Shown one piece after another: positions 58,759-64,000 of a stretch of 64,000 nt of DNA (positions are counted from its first letter, which is position 1; each line of letters begins with the position of its first letter). The DNA comes from Thermoplasmata archaeon (GTDB lineage Archaea > Thermoplasmatota > Poseidoniia > Poseidoniales > Thalassarchaeaceae): positions 31,272-95,271 of the forward strand of contig PBXQ01000073.1 of the NCBI GenBank assembly GCA_002727675.1, written 5' to 3'. Position numbers and translations under genes: made by a program. The notes beneath the pieces were generated by a model. That model had not been told where the DNA came from. It was given only the letters and a program-made list of their open reading frames with translations, and made no database searches.

Positions 58759-61140
58759 TTGCGTCTTACAATTGATGTTCATGATGAAATTGATGAGCCT
58801 AATGATTTTAATTCAGGCATTAATAATAACATATATGATTTACAAGTGAATGTTTCTGCAATAGGTGTTAGGATTACTCCTTATTTGCCGTCTGGGCAAA
58901 TTCCTGATGGGGCGAATGAAATTCAACAAGCTAGAACTCGTCATATAGATCCTACGTTGGATGATGAAACTAATTTTAGGTTCAAAATTTCAAATGAGGG
59001 TACTAGTAACGAGAGTATCGATTTACGTGTTTCCCCAGTTCAGTTTCAAAGGCCTGATGGTGTTCTTGATGCGCCTTCTGATACGTGGTTGAAATTTTTG
59101 TCAATAGACCCTTATTACCAATTGGAGCCCATTGGGAGTGGGAATAATGAGATAATTTTAGACTTGGATTTAAGGGATGAAACAGCTGATTTAGATGCAT
59201 CTCCTTTACCGATATATGCATTGCCGGGTACTTATGTTGTTGATGTTACAGCATGGTATCGTTCAAACCCTCAAGTTTCACATACGATGCGTTTTACCAT
59301 TATAGTCGAAGATGTTGATGGAATGATTACTGCTTTATCGGGGGTCTCTGGACTTACTGGGGTCCCTGGGGAAGTTGCTACGTTTGGGATTGCAGTTAGA
59401 AACCCCGGCAATTCTCCTAGTGTGTACAACATTTCTTGCGAGACTCCAAATCGTTGGTTGATAGCATTGGGGGATGATGGCAACTCCTCTTCAATCACCT
59501 TAGAACCAATTCCAAGACTAGAATTTAGAACAGTAACAGTTAGGGTCACAGTACCTCCAGTGTCTGAAGGGCACCCATTTGCAGGAGTAGTTGAAGATAT
59601 CTCATGTACTACTACGCATACTCAAAATCCTTCCTTGACGAATGTAGACTCAACGACGATTACCGTATCTCCTCTCTATAAATTTGGTACTGATTTGTAT
59701 TCATCTAGCGGGGTTCCAGTTGGCCCTCAAGGGAATGCTCTTGATGAAGCAGTGGATAATAATCAAGATCTTAATCTTACACTAACAGTATCTAATCTTG
59801 GGAATGTGCCAATCGCTCTTAGTGTGGCTGTTTCTACCACTCTTACATCATGGCCTTATGCAATATTCTGTAATAATCTGGAAGATGATAAGTCCCTCTC
59901 ATTGAATCTAGTGGAAGGGGAATCGGTTGATTGTAGAATTCAAGTTCACGTCCCTGCTGAAGTTTCAAATGGGGATTCTAATACAATTTTTGTGGAAACC
60001 CGATTCAGTCAAACTGAATTTATTTTAAATCGTACAGAATTAAAGGTTGAAGAAAGGCCAGATCTTTCATTAGTTGCTTCCCCAATAGATGTAATTAATG
60101 TGGCGCCAGGTGAATCTTCATTTGGGTCCTTTATTATAACAAATGAGGGCAATGTTCCTTTACAACTTGGTTGGGAATTTGGTAGTTTCCCAGAAGGTTG
60201 GCAGGTAGGTTTCAAAACCATGCCTATTGATAATTTGGGTATGCATCGTAATGAAGAAATTCAAATTTCTGTCTTTGTTCCAGCAGGTACTGCACTTGGT
60301 CCACTCACAGATTCTCTAACTTTGATGGTTACTGGCACCACTTATGATGGTGAAGAATTGGTTCGCTCAGCAACAATTGGATTTATTGGGGTTAGTTCTT
60401 CATGGCTAACACTCAATTCCGATGACTTAGATTTTGAAAGAATGGTGCCTGATGAAATTCGCACAGGAAACCTCACAGTTACAAATAATGGCAATTCACC
60501 ATGTAAAGTTGATTTTATCATTTCAGGTCCTTCTTCTTGGGTGGTGTCAGGGCTTTCTACGATTCAATCATTAGAGGCTGGTAACTCGCAAACAATTGAA
60601 TTCACAATCAAAAATAATGGTGGTGTTGGTTCAGATGATTTGATAATTACTGCTGTACCTACATCCTCTGTTGATACAAAATTAATCAATGGTACTACTG
60701 AGGTTTATGTAAGCTCAACTTCGTTAACATCCGAGGATGGTGGATTATTGAAGGTGTTAGAGTCAGCAGGTGTACCAAGTTGGGCTTTGTTGATAGTAGC
60801 GCTAGTGTTTATGGGTGTTTTAGTTGGTGCTGTGTTAGTTCTAAGAAGGGGCGGTAGTAATTTTGATTCAGGTGAACAGATTTTATCACCAGGTTCAACC
60901 ATTATGGGTAGCATTGATCAAAGGAGAGATGCTGCACTTGATATTGGATTAAAAGAAGATGACATGGTTTCAGGTTCAGTCAGTCAAGCGGAAATTGCAG
61001 CAGCTCTTGCTTCTGCAGGACCGGGTCCCTTAGCTCCTCCACGCCCATCAGGTGCACCCCCAGCACCACTTGGTGCGCCGCCTTTACCCGGTGGTTCACC
61101 CCCACCACCATCTGGCTATAATCCAGAAAGAAAACAATAA
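58759..61140 (+). CDS. CARDB/DUF11-repeat ectodomain with a C-terminal TM anchor and a Pro-rich cytoplasmic tail. It has no signal peptide and its ORF-track start is TTG. Most likely it is the C-terminal part of the upstream S8 protease gene, interrupted by one stop codon.
   Basis: It is in the same frame as 56338..58716, with no stops between 58717 and 58759. Repeated xNxGNxP units (VRNPGNSPSVYNI; VSNLGNVPIAL; ITNEGNVPLQL; VTNNGNSPCKV). TM WALLIVALVFMGVLVGAVLVL followed by RRGG. Tail PGPLAPPRPSGAPPAPLGAPPLPGGSPPPPSGY. Confidence 0.55.
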   Translation: MRLTIDVHDEIDEPNDFNSGINNNIYDLQVNVSAIGVRITPYLPSGQIPDGANEIQQARTRHIDPTLDDETNFRFKISNEGTSNESIDLRVSPVQFQRPDGVLDAPSDTWLKFLSIDPYYQLEPIGSGNNEIILDLDLRDETADLDASPLPIYALPGTYVVDVTAWYRSNPQVSHTMRFTIIVEDVDGMITALSGVSGLTGVPGEVATFGIAVRNPGNSPSVYNISCETPNRWLIALGDDGNSSSITLEPIPRLEFRTVTVRVTVPPVSEGHPFAGVVEDISCTTTHTQNPSLTNVDSTTITVSPLYKFGTDLYSSSGVPVGPQGNALDEAVDNNQDLNLTLTVSNLGNVPIALSVAVSTTLTSWPYAIFCNNLEDDKSLSLNLVEGESVDCRIQVHVPAEVSNGDSNTIFVETRFSQTEFILNRTELKVEERPDLSLVASPIDVINVAPGESSFGSFIITNEGNVPLQLGWEFGSFPEGWQVGFKTMPIDNLGMHRNEEIQISVFVPAGTALGPLTDSLTLMVTGTTYDGEELVRSATIGFIGVSSSWLTLNSDDLDFERMVPDEIRTGNLTVTNNGNSPCKVDFIISGPSSWVVSGLSTIQSLEAGNSQTIEFTIKNNGGVGSDDLIITAVPTSSVDTKLINGTTEVYVSSTSLTSEDGGLLKVLESAGVPSWALLIVALVFMGVLVGAVLVLRRGGSNFDSGEQILSPGSTIMGSIDQRRDAALDIGLKEDDMVSGSVSQAEIAAALASAGPGPLAPPRPSGAPPAPLGAPPLPGGSPPPPSGYNPERKQ

Positions 61141-61206
61141 TCTCTACGTTTGGTTATATTCTCTATAACCGTCGTCCTTATTGTTAATGGCATTCTCCGC
61201 TGGCGT

Positions 61207-61824
61207 ATGGGTGGTTCTATTGTTCTATTCGGGCCTCCGGGTGCTGGAAAGGGTACTCAAGCCGATGCTATCGTTTTGGCAACAGGTAAGCCCCAGATTT
61301 CAACAGGTGATATGTTAAGAGCTGCACTTGCTGAAGGAACTGAACTTGGTTTGGAAGCAAAAAAATACATGGAAGCAGGAGAACTTGTTCCCGATGATGT
61401 AATCATTGGTCTTATCAGAGAGAGGTTGAAAAGTCAAGATGCAATAAATGGCGTACTTTTTGATGGCTTTCCTCGCACAATACCTCAAGCAGAAGCACTA
61501 GCGGAAATAGCAGAAGTGTCAATGGTTATTTCTATTCAAGTGCCAGATGAAGCCATTGTTGAGAGAATCGTAGGCCGCCGTATGGATCCGGAAACAGGTG
61601 AGATTTATCATATCAAGTTTAAGCCAGCACCATCAGAAATATCAAGCAGGCTGATTCAAAGAAAGGACGACAATGAAGATGCTGTTAGAACACGTCTATC
61701 TGCCTACCACTCTCAAACCTCCCCTCTTGCAGAATGGTACTTGCAAAGAGGGATACTTAAATCAGTTAATGGAAATCAAGCAATGGGTGATGTTCAGGAA
61801 GAAATTTCCTTGTTATTAGTTTAG
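61207..61824 (+). CDS. adk: Adenylate kinase (bacterial-type long form). The ORF-track start 61150 is probably too far upstream; the ATG is at 61207.
   Basis: P-loop IVLFGPPGAGKGTQA and LVPDDVIIGLIRERL, VLFDGFPRTIPQAEAL, IVGRRMDPETGEIYHIKF LID region. Confidence 0.85.
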   Translation: MGGSIVLFGPPGAGKGTQADAIVLATGKPQISTGDMLRAALAEGTELGLEAKKYMEAGELVPDDVIIGLIRERLKSQDAINGVLFDGFPRTIPQAEALAEIAEVSMVISIQVPDEAIVERIVGRRMDPETGEIYHIKFKPAPSEISSRLIQRKDDNEDAVRTRLSAYHSQTSPLAEWYLQRGILKSVNGNQAMGDVQEEISLLLV

Positions 61825-61837
61825 TAATGGTGTTGTA

Positions 61838-62170
61838 ATGCCTAGAAATAATAGTCGCAATTCTAGGAGAGCTATGAAGAGGAAAAAACGTGCTTTTGAA
61901 TCTCAAAACCATTTAGAAAAGATTCTTATTTCTCCTTGGAAACATTCTCCTATCGTGGTAGATTCAGCGGCCAGGGATATGTTAAGGATATCTCGTAGGC
62001 ACCGTTTGGGTTTACCGAAAGGCAGGAGGGCATGGATTTGTAGGGGCTGTAAAGTTGCACTACGGCCAGGAATTAATTCACGAGTAAGGGTGAGGAATAA
62101 AAATCAATATGTGACTTGTTTATCTTGTGGTGTTTCTAATGTTCGTGGTCCTGATTATGGTGGTGATTGA
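61838..62170 (+). CDS. rnp4: RNase P protein subunit Rpp21 (Rnp4).
   Basis: Basic N-terminal helices plus the zinc ribbon CRGCKVALRPGINSRVRVRNKNQYVTCLSCG. This matches the Rpp21 pattern CxxC...PGxNxRVRxR...CxxCG. Confidence 0.7.
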   Translation: MPRNNSRNSRRAMKRKKRAFESQNHLEKILISPWKHSPIVVDSAARDMLRISRRHRLGLPKGRRAWICRGCKVALRPGINSRVRVRNKNQYVTCLSCGVSNVRGPDYGGD

Positions 62171-62440
62171 ATGAGTGAAGTTTCTAAGAGAATCAAAAAA
62201 ATGGCACTTGACCCTAGTCTTGAAATTACTATTAGAGTAGGCAAATCAGGGATGACTCAATCATTAGTTGACGAGTTAGATTCACAGTTAAAGGCAAAAA
62301 AGATGGTTAAAGCCAAACTCAATAGAGGCTTGGCTGAAGACTCGAATCAGCGTCTGCAATTATGGCAATCATTAGCAATTCAAAGTTCGTCCGAATTGGT
62401 AGTAATGAGAGGCAATATAGCAGTATTCCATCGAAAATAA
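62171..62440 (+). CDS. YhbY/CRS1 (CRM) domain RNA-binding protein. Start ATG overlaps the preceding stop (TGAATG).
   Basis: LEITIRVGKSGMTQSLVDELDSQLKAKKMVKAKL fits the YhbY GKxG-containing fold consensus. Length is about 89 aa. Confidence 0.55.
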   Translation: MSEVSKRIKKMALDPSLEITIRVGKSGMTQSLVDELDSQLKAKKMVKAKLNRGLAEDSNQRLQLWQSLAIQSSSELVVMRGNIAVFHRK

Positions 62441-62529
62441 ATTTCTAATGTAATATTAGTATTAATTTCATATAAATTTTAAGATTGTAGGGCACGGCTT
62501 TAACAGGTAATTAGAACTCGCAAGGAGCG

Positions 62530-64000
62530 ATGTCTGCAATCCCACCCACATGGTTGGAAGGATTATTAGGTACATTGATACTGTCTTTGTTGGTAGCTAT
62601 TGCAATCCGTTGGGTTAGGTTACCATATACTATTGCATTAGTAATTGTGGGTCTTGTTTTAGGTTGGCTTGGCGAGTCATTATTTACAACAATTGAACCG
62701 GACGGGGGGTTGCTATCGGCAGAACTTATTTTGTTCATTTTATTACCTCCGTTACTTTTTGAAGGTTCTTCTGCAATGCATATTGATAGACTAAAAAGTA
62801 ATTGGAGAACAATTTCTCTGTTAGCAATTCCTGGTGTGTTAATTAACACCATTGTAATAGCATTAATTTGTTGGCGATTTGTTTGGTGGGGTGAAGATTA
62901 TGGGTTCCTATACGGGTTATTAATTGGTTCAATCCTAGCAGCAACAGATCCTGTAAGTGTGTTAGCACTTGTGAGAAGTTTGGGCGCTCCCAAAAGATTG
63001 TCGGTATTACTTGAAGGCGAGTCTCTATTCAATGATGGTACAGCAATTGTTTTGTTCAATATCATATTATTAACAACACTTACAATTATTGCTGGAGAGG
63101 AAATAATTCTTGGAGCTATAATTACAGATGGCATTGCACAATTTCTTGTTGTAGTATCTGTTGGTGCTTTGGCAGGTTATGTTTGTGGTATGGTTGCTAA
63201 TCATTTGCTACAACAAAGTGAGGACCACTTGGTTGAAATTGCACTTACTGTTGCCCTGGCTTTCGGTTCCTTTTTGCTAGCCGAGATAATGCATGGTAGC
63301 GGTGTAATTTCTGTAGTTGTGGCTGGATTATTGGTTGGGAATAAAGGGACGCATGAGGGGATGACTCCAACTGCGAGAGTTGGTTTGCATCATTTTTGGG
63401 AGGTTGTATCATTCTTGGTAAATAGCATCCTCTTTTTGATAGTTGGATATGAATTACAGTCCGTAATTTCTTGGGATTTACACACTGGATATTTGGCTTT
63501 GATTGCGATTTCAGGGGCTTTGATTGCTAGATTAGTTGTGTTCCCGCTAACAAGGATTGCGAACATTGGGGAAGAAAATAAAATTGACAGTAAATGGCAA
63601 ATGGCGATGTGGTGGGGTGGGCTAAGAGGTTCCATTCCTATTGCCTTGTTGCTGCTATTATCTCATATCGTTCATGATGGTCAAGAATTGATTATTGGTG
63701 ATGTTCAAGTGAACGTCAAATTAGATGAAGTAATTTTTGGAGACATGTTAATTCTTGCTTTCAGTGTGATATTATTCAGTTTGCTATTCCAAGGATTGAC
63801 TATGAAGCCCTTACTTAATCACCTAGGGATTGGCGGCCGTTTGGCAGAGGAAGAGGCTCGTTATGAATCCGCATTGGCTCGTTTAGTTGCTTCAAGAGCT
63901 GCCCTCAGAAAGTTATCTTCACTAGGGACTGAAGGATTGATTAACGAAATAGATAGAGAAAAAATGGCAGCGCCATATCATGATAGTATTGAGAAAGCTA
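62530..64000 (+). CDS. nhaP: Na+/H+ antiporter of the CPA1 (NhaP/NHE) family with a C-terminal cytoplasmic regulatory domain. It is 3'-partial and runs off the window end. It is not in the ORF track because no stop lies within the window.
   Basis: My own translation from ATG 62530: MSAIPPTWLEGLLGTLILSLLVAIAIRW...LAATDPVSVLALVRSLGAPKRLSVLLEGESLFNDGTAIVLFN. This includes the CPA1 hallmarks ATDPV and ESLFNDG. An SD aggag lies 5 nt upstream. The ORF-track minus-strand ORFs here (62511..62852, 62898..63134, 63390..63635) are antisense artefacts. Confidence 0.8.
   Translation, partial: MSAIPPTWLEGLLGTLILSLLVAIAIRWVRLPYTIALVIVGLVLGWLGESLFTTIEPDGGLLSAELILFILLPPLLFEGSSAMHIDRLKSNWRTISLLAIPGVLINTIVIALICWRFVWWGEDYGFLYGLLIGSILAATDPVSVLALVRSLGAPKRLSVLLEGESLFNDGTAIVLFNIILLTTLTIIAGEEIILGAIITDGIAQFLVVVSVGALAGYVCGMVANHLLQQSEDHLVEIALTVALAFGSFLLAEIMHGSGVISVVVAGLLVGNKGTHEGMTPTARVGLHHFWEVVSFLVNSILFLIVGYELQSVISWDLHTGYLALIAISGALIARLVVFPLTRIANIGEENKIDSKWQMAMWWGGLRGSIPIALLLLLSHIVHDGQELIIGDVQVNVKLDEVIFGDMLILAFSVILFSLLFQGLTMKPLLNHLGIGGRLAEEEARYESALARLVASRAALRKLSSLGTEGLINEIDREKMAAPYHDSIEKA

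Noticed and set aside
62511-63635. Three minus-strand ORFs (62511..62852, 62898..63134, 63390..63635) listed in the ORF track
   Set aside because: The plus strand here encodes an obvious CPA1 Na+/H+ antiporter (ATDPV and ESLFNDG motifs) that runs off the window end, so these are antisense artefacts.
1-64000. CRISPR arrays, integrases/transposases, rRNA genes
   Set aside because: No direct-repeat/spacer periodicity was seen apart from the coding 39-bp tandem repeat at 31722-31858. No recombinase-like ORFs were found. No long GC-rich non-coding stretches typical of rRNA in an AT-rich genome.

Overview
This is a low-GC archaeal window. It resembles a Marine Group II/III (Poseidoniales/Thermoplasmatota-like) genome, but that placement is inference from gene content only. 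Housekeeping genes are of archaeal type: class II GAPDH, PheT, GluRS, RNase HII, RNase P Rpp21, archaeosine synthase ArcS, uS15 and an AglB/STT3 oligosaccharyltransferase core. Bacterial-type DnaJ and Adk are also present. More than 27 kb is occupied by giant secreted or membrane-anchored surface proteins with dense N-glycosylation sequons, CARDB/Ig-like beta domains, a parallel beta-helix, thrombospondin type-3 Ca-binding repeats, C-terminal TM anchors and low-complexity cytoplasmic tails. No rRNA, tRNA, CRISPR array or obvious mobile element was found. Five items deserve a second look. (1) The AglB/STT3 catalytic core is fused in one 7.5 kb reading frame to a giant extracellular glyco-adhesin-like region. 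(2) A convergent module pairs a wHTH-STAND NTPase-TPR protein with a translationally coupled three-gene operon of class-III (type IV pilin-like) signal-peptide proteins and an MBL-fold hydrolase. (3) A secreted S8 subtilase and its C-terminal anchor region are separated by a single in-frame TAA. (4) A tandem 39-bp repeat encodes a PPPPVGFDPNT x4 cytoplasmic tail on a giant surface protein. (5) A pyroglutamyl-peptidase I and a Nudix hydrolase are fused in one protein. All domain calls rest on motif recognition by eye, not database searches.
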